Source: Verrucomicrobiota bacterium
Lineage (GTDB): Bacteria > Verrucomicrobiota > Verrucomicrobiia > Opitutales > Coraliomargaritaceae
DNA length: 64,000 nucleotides
Direction of reading: 5' to 3'
Assembly: GCA_039815375.1 (NCBI GenBank)
Contig: JBCBZJ010000009.1
Span: forward strand, 46,296 to 110,295
The translations under genes were made by a program, and so were the position numbers. Of this stretch, positions 1 through 9,600 are shown one piece after another. Position 1 is the stretch's first letter. The number at the start of each line of letters is the position of its first letter. The notes beneath the pieces were generated by a model, which worked only from the letters and a program-made list of their open reading frames with translations, was not told the DNA's origin and ran no database searches.

Positions 1-477
1 ACTGAGATCCACCCCACCAAGCGTAGCGTTCGGGGTAGCCGATGAGTAGGCTTTAACACGTTGATCACTGCTGTCACGAGCTGAAGCCAGAACATTGCCA
101 TTCGGAGAGAGATCACCTGCCGCGTCATCATATGTGTTGATCCGGGCATAACTCGCTGGATCTTTAGTAAAGCTGGCTGTGTGTTTATGTACGGGTAAGT
201 GGAGTTGGTTTAATTGAACATTTTCATAGCCTCCGATCTCACCGATAATGGTGCGTTCGTAGGGAGCAAAATTAGGATTGTAGCCGGTGAAGACTCGCCC
301 TTTGCCATCCGGCAGCCCGAAGGTAGAGCGGCCATCACCGCCATACATGGTGCCAACTAGAGAGAAGAGTGCTGTATTTTGGGTAATTGGCAAGAGCTGG
401 CCCTGACAGGTCGACCAAGTTCTGGGTGCATAATTGCATCCCATAATGATGATTTCGGAGATGAATGGGTCTGCCAT
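1..477 (-). CDS. Phage tail-collar domain protein (microcystin-dependent protein MdpB-like), 3' end runs off the window
   Basis: Not in the ORF track because it has no stop in the window. Manual translation from ATG at 477 gives MADPFISEIIIMGCNYAPRTWSTCQGQLLPITQNTALFSLVGTMYGGDGRSTFGLPDGKGR, the typical tail-collar N-terminus. Confidence 0.88.
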   Translation of the reverse strand, partial: MADPFISEIIIMGCNYAPRTWSTCQGQLLPITQNTALFSLVGTMYGGDGRSTFGLPDGKGRVFTGYNPNFAPYERTIIGEIGGYENVQLNQLHLPVHKHTASFTKDPASYARINTYDDAAGDLSPNGNVLASARDSSDQRVKAYSSATPNATLGGVDLS

Positions 478-529
478 AATTAGCGTATCGGTTTTGAGTT
501 AAGGGGAACGTATTCTAAAATTTTTTGAA

Positions 530-844
530 TCAACCAAAGCAGGCCTGATAAACAGTGCCATCTTCATTCTGCTCAAGCGGCTCCATGAAAACGTATCGCT
601 CTTCCATGTGCTCGTTACTTAAGGCAAATGAGCCGGTCCAGGATGGATGGTCTTTGTTCTTATCCAGAAAAAACAAACTGAAAGGCTGTTTACGTATTTC
701 TTTGTAATTGAAGTCGCGCTCTGTGTGCGGCTTAACTTCGCGTAATTCTAGCTCAACTGTATCTCCGTCTACCTGAGCCTTGAAGATAGTTCCTTCAAGC
801 CCTTCGAAGTTATTAAGATTTAGCTCCTGATCCGTAGTAATCAT
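530..844 (-). CDS. Small hypothetical protein, DUF6916-like
   Basis: 104 aa with RKQPFSLFF and a YQACFG C-terminus. It lies directly upstream of the tail-collar gene, the usual context for this family. Confidence 0.6.
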   Translation of the reverse strand: MITTDQELNLNNFEGLEGTIFKAQVDGDTVELELREVKPHTERDFNYKEIRKQPFSLFFLDKNKDHPSWTGSFALSNEHMEERYVFMEPLEQNEDGTVYQACFG

Positions 845-1286
845 GCTTTTCGAAGATTAGTTAATTTACAATTATCTGATTAGTTAAGTATGAATTATTT
901 AGTCAACGTAATTTATGTAGAAATTACAAAAAAATCACTAGATATATCGAAAAACATACATCCTGTTCTAAGCCGCCCGTAGATCCGGCTTGAGAGTGTT
1001 TTTATCACTAAGCACGATGAAGATCCGAAAAATCTCCTAGCCTTGTTATCACGGTCGTAATGCTCGGTTTCTATTTCGAAGAACTATTCCGGGCCAACCA
1101 TACGGGAAATTATGATATTTTCAGGAAAATAGGATTGGTTCGGTTATTCCTCGAGGCTGATGGTGGGGAATTAGCTGCGAGCTTACCAGGAGTTCTTCCC
1201 TTCAAAGGAGGCTGGCGCTGTCTTAGCGCAGTCACGATCCACAATTGTTTGTGGTCTCGGATGGATTTAGCGATTACATGCAATAC

Positions 1287-2102
1287 TCATTTATCGCAGT
1301 AGTCTGCCGTGCTGACGATACGTTCAATGACCAGCTTTGAGTCCGCTTTGATAATATATTCGCTCATACCCACGTGGTAGGGCGGGTTGCCCCAGTCATA
1401 GGTGTAGCCGAGTTGCGTCCATGGCCAGCCGGGGCTATCCGTATCTCCGCAGATGTAATACTGGTGAGCGCGTGTTGTGTTCATCCATTTACGGTGCTCG
1501 GGTGTTACGTCGCCGGGGAAATCGAGCTCAGCTTGGGAATCGTCTACTTCGGCGTCAGGACTCGGGCGGAATAGATCTGCGGGTCGGACCCATAACTCGA
1601 CAAAGTAACTTTTGTCATCGTTTGGAGGCAGACCGATGAGTTGACGCAGTCGCATATCCAAATCGTCCCCGCCAAATCCCGGCTTAGAGCAGAGGTCCTG
1701 TAGGTAAGGACAGGGAGATACCCATATCAGGTGCGTGCCATTGTTATAAAAGCCATCTGGGCCGTTCTGGTAGTATTGAACGTCCGAGGCCGATATCCAG
1801 GTCTCGACAAGCACGTAGTCCTGTCCGCTGAATGTTTTCCAGAGCAGGTCCTCGTTTGTTTTGCTAATGGAATTGAGCGTGTCGACGATTTCTTTCGGAG
1901 TGGGGTTGGACGCATCATCCAAGGCATCTGCGTAGGCTTGGTCGATATTCGCGAGAACGCTTTCGGGAGCAACACTGGGTATTGGATAGGTTGCGCTCTT
2001 GCTTGCAACAGGGCTTGCCGGAGCTTTGGCCTTTCCGGTTGTGTAGCATCCGCTGATCAGAGAGGCCGTAGTAAAGAGGACGATTGGCAGTGACTTTTTC
2101 AT
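1287..2102 (-). CDS. Putative lipoprotein of unknown function
   Basis: Signal peptide with lipobox LISG-C, followed by conserved-looking motifs LRQLIGLPP, FVELWVRPADLFRP and PWTQLGYTYDW. Confidence 0.7.
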   Translation of the reverse strand: MKKSLPIVLFTTASLISGCYTTGKAKAPASPVASKSATYPIPSVAPESVLANIDQAYADALDDASNPTPKEIVDTLNSISKTNEDLLWKTFSGQDYVLVETWISASDVQYYQNGPDGFYNNGTHLIWVSPCPYLQDLCSKPGFGGDDLDMRLRQLIGLPPNDDKSYFVELWVRPADLFRPSPDAEVDDSQAELDFPGDVTPEHRKWMNTTRAHQYYICGDTDSPGWPWTQLGYTYDWGNPPYHVGMSEYIIKADSKLVIERIVSTADYCDK

Positions 2103-2396
2103 GAGTGATGATTTAATCGAAGATGTGGTTACTGGTTATTCTCCAATACAAAGTTGACGAAATCGATTTGGATATCGATTTGCTACGCCATCTTCATTTT
2201 ATTACGTCCGCTTCGCTGATTTCGATTTCGTGACAGGTGAGAAGTAAAGCAACGCTTTTATAAATTTGTTAAATATGCTCTAACGGTATGGATCAATGGG
2301 TCGCTGCCGGTGTGTAGAGATGATTTAGTGATTTTCAGGATAAAAGAATTTCTGAAAGCCGTGCGCTTTTGTAGAGGCAAGTCTGGGTCAATCGAA

Positions 2397-5300
2397 TTAA
2401 GTGACCATTGCTCTCATATTTTCGATTTCCTGGTTGCGCAGAGCGGTTGCTAGGTCGGTCACATGTGGGGCGGTCATCATGGAGAGGTGCGTGCCGGGAA
2501 CTTCGATAACGTTGACGGTAGCCGGGCTATAGTCCTGCCAATTTAGTTTGTGGTTTTGGCTTGAGCTCATTTCGCCCAGATCGACATCACTCTCTTGCGC
2601 TTTATAGAGTGTGATTGGCAAATCTACCGATAAGGCGTCAGGCTGATATTGTAAGGTTGCCATCGCGTTATCTCTGTAAACTTGGACGTATTTCCCGAGT
2701 GCTCTGGCGTTGATATGATCCGAGAGAACTTTGTGGCTGAGCAGGCGATTATGCAGTAAAGTGATCTGTTGGTCGTGGTTGAGTTTACGAAGGCCTTCGA
2801 TGCTTAGCTGCAAGTCGATGTGATACAACTTCTGCATCCGTGTGACGATATGTATGAGCCAGGTGGCGGTGTCCCAACTTTCGTATGGGCGCTCGTGCAT
2901 AGCGGATGGGGCGGGGTTATCGAGAATACCTAATTGCTTGATATTTCCCGCAGCTTCCGTGCCCAGCTGGCGCACCATCTCATAGGCGACGAGGCCTCCA
3001 TAGGAATGGCCGATCAGGGTGTAGGGTTGGCGGGCAAAGGGAGCTTGCTTCAGTTCATCGAGGTAGAAGGCAGCAGTCGCCTCGATGCCGGATTCTTCAG
3101 GTTTTCGTTCGGATAGCCCGACACCCTGCAATCCCCAGAGGGTGTAGTCGGGCTGTAGCAAGCGTGCGAGTTCATTGTAGTAGAGGATACTGCCCCCTGC
3201 GCCCGGAATGCAGACAATGGGCTCGCCCTCTGTGTTCGGAAGCAGGGGAGTCAGGATGGACTCGATCGAGTCTTCTGCAGTGCTAATCCACTTGGCTTGC
3301 TGCGATATGGTCGTGTTTGAGAGCACTTCCTGCAAGCTGAGTTGTGCTTCCAGACGTTCTTCGATGGTTGCGAGCAGTTTCACTGCAAGGAGTGAGTGAC
3401 CTCCGGTCTCGAAGAAGTTATCATGAATGCCGACGGTATCGACTTCGAGAGTTTCTTTCCAAATGTCCTGTAGAGTTCGCTCTAAGTCTGTCTGCGCTTC
3501 TGCGAAGCCTGTCTCGGTTCCGTTGGAAAGATTATCAAGCAGTTGTTTGATATCGGCTTTGCCATTGGGGTTAAGCGGTATCCGTTTTACTGGATGGATG
3601 AGTCCTGGGACCATTTGTTCCGGGAGTTGTTTTCCGGCCCAATCACCAAGCAATTTTGGTAGTTCTTGCAGGTTCTGGTCTGCTTTGGGAACGACGAAAG
3701 CGACTAATTGTGCATAGTCAGTTCCAGCTCGTTTGACGGTAGCAACTGACTGCTTTATCCAGCCGGACTCCTGGAGTGCGGTTTCGACTTGAAGCGGCTC
3801 GATGCGAAAGCCTCGTAGCTGAATTTGCCGATCGCTGCGACCAAGCAATTCAAGTGTTCCATTGGGTTGCTGGCGTGCGAGGTCTCCGGTCTTGTAGGCT
3901 CGCGGGCCGTTGCTGCCCGGCAATTGGACAAATGCTCGCTGGTTTGCTTTAGAATCCCCATGATAACCTGAACTTAAGCAATCGCCTGCGATGTAGACTT
4001 CTCCGGTTTCGCCTTTAGATACAGCCTGTAAATCTGTGTCCAAAATATAGATACCGGTGTTGGCAATGCATTGGCTGAGAGGAAGCGTCGCCGGGAGGGC
4101 GCCGTTGTCGTCGAAAGCTTGCAGTGGATGACTGAGAACCCCGATCGTAGCCTCAGTCGGTCCATAGTGATTGTAGATTTGGCAATGTGGTGCGAGTTTT
4201 CGTATCTCTCGAATCCACCCGTAGTCGGCTCCTTCGCCGCCAAGGATAAGGCTTTTGCGAGGGAAGAGTTCGGTGCTGGTCTGGGTTTGCAGCAGGGTTT
4301 TCCAATGGGAGGGGACGATCTTTAGATAATCGACTGCATTATCCTGCATGAAAATGGCAAATCTACGCGCATTGAGGCGGTCCGGTTCAGGCATGACATA
4401 TAAAGTGCCACCGCTGACGAGAGAGAGGAAAAGCATGGTGTTGCCGAGATCTGCCGCGAGTGTTGAAACGAGGGCAAAGCGTGCACGCTCCTCTATGCTG
4501 AGGTCGGGCATCATGCTCAGGATATAGTTGGCGACGGACCGGTGGGAGATCGGGACTGCCTTGGGCCGTCCGGTTGAGCCGGAGGTGAAGATAATGTAAG
4601 CGGTGTCTTCTAAACGAACAGCGACAGGAGTGTCAGTAGCTTTTGGCCGGGAGAGCAGGTCATCGACTGTAAACCTAACAGCGGTTATCTCCAGGCTGGT
4701 TAGTGACTTGGGTGCTTCCGAATCCACGAGCACGGCTAATGCCCCTGCGGTTTGAACCATATATTGCAGAAGGTCTGCGGGGTATTGCGATGGGTCCAGA
4801 GGGAGATAGGTCGCACCGATTTTGAGGACTGCTATAATACTACAGAGCGCTGCGTCGCTCGACTGGTTGCCGATGGCAATCACATCGCCAGTTTGGAATC
4901 CCCGTTGCGATAGGTTTTGGGCAAGTTCATTCGCGGCTTGATCGAGTTTCGCGTAGCTGAGCGTCTTGATGCCGTTCGAGTAGGCGGGGCTGTTTGGGTG
5001 TTCCACGACTTGTTGCTCAAAGAGTCTGGTCAGGCATTGGTCCGCCGCGATTTCTATGGTTGGGCCTTGCAGGCAAGGTTCCGGTGTAACGATCTCCGGT
5101 GGCGCGGTCCGTTGCCAGTTATTCAAGTCTGAAAATCGTGTTTGCGGATCGTTTGCAAAAGTCCTGAGCAGCATTTGATAGTCCTCTGCGAAGTGGCGAA
5201 TGGTGGACTCTTCAAACAGATGACAGTTGTAGCCGAAGGTTGCCTGCAATTGGCCGTTATCTTCTAGCAGTGTCAGCGTTAGGTCGAATTTCCCATCGGC

Positions 5301-6615
5301 CTGCCGGAAATCGAAGGTTTCGAGGTCGCTCTGTTTCCCTTGCTTTTGCTTTATATTGGTAATCGCTTTTCGAGTCAGGAAATTGAAGCTGATGTCGAAG
5401 AAAGGTGAGCGATTCGGTTGCCGCTCCGGCTTCAATTTCTCGACGAGCCAAGGGAAAGGCGCGTCGGCGTGATCCAGTGCTTCGCGGCTCTGCCGGGCGC
5501 TCAGGCGTAGCCACTGATCGAACGTATCCGTTGCTTCGGTTTTGACGGAGCGTATAATCACCGGATTGACGAAGTAGCCAACGGTCGAGGCATATTCGGC
5601 ACGTCCACGTCCTGCTGAAAAAGAGCCCAGGATCAGATCGTCACGTCTGCTGTAGTCATGTAGTTGATAAGCAAATACAGAAAGAAAAAGTGAGAATTCG
5701 GAAATATTCTCTTCGCGTGCTATCCCGGAGAGCTGCGAGTGGATTTCTTCAGGGACGATGCTTCGGATAGAAAGGCCCTCAAAGGTGAGGGTCGGAGGCC
5801 GGGGGTGGTCTTGTGCAGGGAGTGTGATGGGGTGTGGTGGATCTGCCAGATTCTCCTGCCAGTAGGCGAAGTTTGCCGCGCCCTCGGGGCTGCGGAGCAA
5901 TTCCTGCTCTTCGCGGGCATGATCGAAATAGGAATGTTTTTCCGGTTTGAGCTGCGGTTTATTGCCCGAGACAAGAGCATTTAGAATAGTATGCAGTTCC
6001 TGGCGTAGCACCTCTCGGGTACCATCCGTCACAGATGATGTGATGCATGGTGAAGAGCACGGTGCTGGGAGTGGTCCCGTCCTCGGAAAAGACCCTGAAG
6101 CGCACGGCTGCACTGGTTTCCAGATCGAACGGTGCTTCGTGTGCTTTGCGGGCCGCTGCATCGCGTTCGTTCATCGTGCATTGAGACAGATCGCTCCAGG
6201 CGCAATCCATGACTGCCGGATCGGTGCGCTGCTGAATCGGCTTCGTGGCATGAAGTGGAAACCGTGTGGAGAGCATGGGGTGGCGATCCAGGAGAATCCT
6301 GAAGCTCTCGATCCAGTTTTCATAGCTTGCACCGAGCGGCGAGGTCAGAGGGATCGATTGATTATAGGCGCTGCTCTCGGGGGCGAGTTTCCAGATGTAC
6401 CAGAGGGCACGTTGGCCATAGGTCAGTGGATAGGCCGAAAGCTGGTACGGCTCGTTTTTTAGGATATGGAGCAGTTCGGATTTATACTCACGGATACGCG
6501 GTAGAATCTCCTCCGTTGGCACGCTTTCCGGTGCCCTGAACTTGAGGCGATCCCCTTCCATCCAGAAGGACCAGCGCTCCAGGCTCAAATCGATAAAGAA
6601 TTCAAGTGGACTCAT
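2397..6615 (-). CDS. Terminal NRPS module: beta-hairpin docking domain-C-A(Asp code)-PCP-TE, interrupted by a +1 frameshift at ~6020 (pseudogene or sequencing error)
   Basis: ORF 5959-6615 encodes a TubC-type N-terminal docking domain and the C domain up to HHIICDGW. ORF 2397-6161 continues with REVLRQEL, A3 YIIFTSGSTGRPK, A5 NHYGPTE, A7 YKTGDL, PCP GGHSLL and TE GHSYGG. Removing T6020 restores HHIICDGWSREVL and one ~1405 aa frame. Confidence 0.9.
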
Positions 6616-9600
6616 ATTTCACCTTCTACCCACTGCGTTGCTGCACCTGCCGCGGAAAGTTGTAGCACTTCCGATTCTTTCTCGGTGGAATCGAGCGCTT
6701 CGGCGACTAGTTGGATCAATCCCGACAGCTCCAAATCCTGAAGGTGTGGTGTCTGCTTCAATTCGATGAATAGGTCTTGTTGTAGCTGGATGCGAAGCGC
6801 CATACTCATGATCGAGTCCATGCCCTGGGAGTTGAAATTTGCGCCTGGATCGACCGCGGAGGTAGATGAAAGACCAAGAATCGCAACGAGCACTTTGCGC
6901 AGATAGCGTTCGAGACGCCGGGAGCGTTCTTCGTCGTCAGCGCTGGCATTGAGCCATTCCAGGACGGACTCGGTCGACTCTTCGTTTTTGCGGTCCTTTG
7001 TCGCGCTCCATTGAGTTTCGGTGCAGCACATTTGCTCGAAGTAGAGGACCGGTTGCATGGAGCTGGTCTCACAAATGAGAATATCGACACTGAGCTTTGT
7101 CTCTGCGAATGTGTTCGGTGATTCGCGAACCTGAACGTGGTAGTCGCCCTGGGGTTCTGCATCGCCGAAGAGGATACTTGCCGCTTCTTCGGGGACAAAG
7201 AGCTTCCCCGGTGCTTTTTGTAAGATAAAAGCTCCCAGGGCTTGTGATGCAGCATCGAGCAAGGTGATCCACGGTCGATCGGGGTGGCTATCGGATGCAG
7301 GCGCAGGAATCGAGATTCTGGTCTGGATTGCTTCCGGCGAGCTGATGAGCTGCTGCATTGATTGCAGAGCAGGCGCAGTTTGAAAGCCTATCCGCTGGGA
7401 GCTTTCGTAATAAGTGTTCCCTTCCGTTGTCGTTTGCCCAGAGGCTGGTGTTGGCTTTGGCCATTGCTCCTGCGTATTCCAGGTAGCTGGCGAAGCAGGA
7501 AGATGGGCGGATGCGATGGTCTGCCAGCCAGCTTCCGGAGTGGGGCGCGCGAAAAGCGTTGCTTCAGCTGTTTCCGTATTTGGCTGGGTGATTTCGGTAT
7601 GCAGTGTGCAGCTCTCTTCCGTTAACTCGACGGCATTAAGGAGGGTAAGGTCACGAATTTCGTAGGTTGCGCTTGTCTGGCAGACTTCCGCTGCCTTGCG
7701 AAGAATGGCTAGAATGGCAGCATTGGGAAGGTAGGTCTTCCCTTGTATTTGCTGCTGCTTCCAGAATTTTGGCTGTGATCTGGAGCAGTGGGATTCAAAA
7801 CGGCGGGAGTTCGCGGTGCCTGGCAGCGTGAGCGCTTCACCAAGCAGTGTTCGGTTGTTGATTGCTTTTCCGTTCGAACGACTCTTTGCCCTATCAGGTT
7901 CGATCCAGTAGCGTTCTTTTGCGAAGGGATAGCTGGGAAGAGTGGTTCGTTTGCCGGGGTGATGACGATGATAATTCTGCCAGTTCGGTAGATATCCTGC
8001 CTCGTAGAGCTGGCCGAGTGCTTCGATGATGTGATGGTCATCGTTTGTCCTCGGGTGCAAGCTGCTGACCATGCTTATTTTGCTGCACTCGGGTATGCCT
8101 TGAGCCAGATTGAGCAGGGTAGGCTTGGGTCCGAGTTCCAGAAACAGGCCACAGCCGTTTGCGACTACCTGTTGGAGGGAGGCTTCGAAGCGAACCGTGG
8201 CACGTATCTGCTCGACCCAGTAGTCCGGTGTGGCGAAGGCTTGGCTTTCGAGTTGGCCGGTCATGCTGGAGATAACCGGGAGCGTGGGGGAATGGTAGCT
8301 TGTCTCTTGAGCGATGGTGCGGAATGGCTCAAGCATAGGATCCATCAACTCGGAATGAAATGCGTGTGAGACATGTAGTCGGGTGCATGCGACGGAACGT
8401 GCTTTCAGCAATTCGGATACTTGCTCGACTGTGCGAGTCAGACCTGAGAGCACGACGCTGTTTGCGGTGTTGACTGCTGCGACGGAGAGCTGCAGCTGGC
8501 TGTCCGACAACAACTCGAGAATAGTCGCTTCATCGGTTTCAACCGAGAGCATGGTGCCATTTTCTGGCAGAGACTGCATCAGTTGGCCACGATGTCGAAC
8601 CATACGCAGAGCGTCCTCCAGTGAGAAGACACCGGCAAGGCAGCAGGCGGCATACTCGCCGATGCTATGTCCGAGAAGGGTATCGGGTTCGATGCCCCAG
8701 TGGGCCCAAAGTTTGCCGAGTGCGTACTGTAGCGCGAAGAGGCAGGGCTGCGCGAATTCAGTGCGATGAATGCTTGTGCTTTCTGCAGACTCGTTTTCCC
8801 CACTTCTCCGAATCGTCTCGAGTATTGAATATCCCTGAGATTGCGCGATGGCCTCGCATGCGTCGATTGTGGCGCGAAAGATAGGCTCTGTTTGATACAG
8901 TCCGTATCCCATTTTTGGATACTGGGAGCCCTGTCCTGTAAAAAGGAAGGCGAGTTGTGGTCGGTATGGTTCCACTCTTTTTGCGGGTGCTTCCATCTGC
9001 TGACCGATTCGTTCCGCTGCTTCCTTACGTGAACGGATCGCATAGGCTTCGCGATAGGCAAAATGAGAACGCCCGAGATTGCTCGTCTGGCAGATGTCTT
9101 CCAGCGGCTTGCCAGAGTGCGAGAGGAAAGCCCTGTAGCGTTCGCGCATTTGATTGAGGGCACTCGGTGTCTTCGCGGAAAGGGTAAGTAAATGAGAACG
9201 GCGGCGCAGCTCGGACACATGATCCGCCGAGGCATTGGGGATGCCCCCTCTATGCTCCGATAAAATAACGTGTGCGTTGGTGCCACTGATGCCAAATGAG
9301 CTGACGCCGATGGACTGATTTGGCGCAAAGGTATCCCAGCATACGCTCTCCTGACATACCTCGATGGGTAGTGTTTCCCAATCGATATGGGGGTTCGGTT
9401 GCTCGAAGTGAAGTCCGGGCAGGAATTGGCGTTTCTGTAGCTGGAGTGTCGCCTTAATCAGGCCCGCTATGCCTGCGGCTGCCTCGAGGTGACCAATGTA
9501 GCTTTTGATCGAGCTGACCAGAAGCGGCGATGAAGAGCTATGTGAACGGGCGAAAATCTCTCCGAGGGCCTGAGCCTCGATGGGGTCACCGAGGGAAGTG

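Noticed and set aside
1..477. Prophage interpretation of the tail-collar gene
   Set aside because: No integrase, capsid, terminase or other phage genes are visible in the window.
1060..1302. 80 aa plus-strand ORF
   Set aside because: No recognisable motif, and it overlaps the lipoprotein 3' end on the opposite strand.
5959..6161. N-terminal ~47 aa of the 1254 aa ORF and the C-terminal tail of the 218 aa ORF
   Set aside because: These are out-of-frame products of the frameshift at ~6020; both ORFs belong to one NRPS gene.
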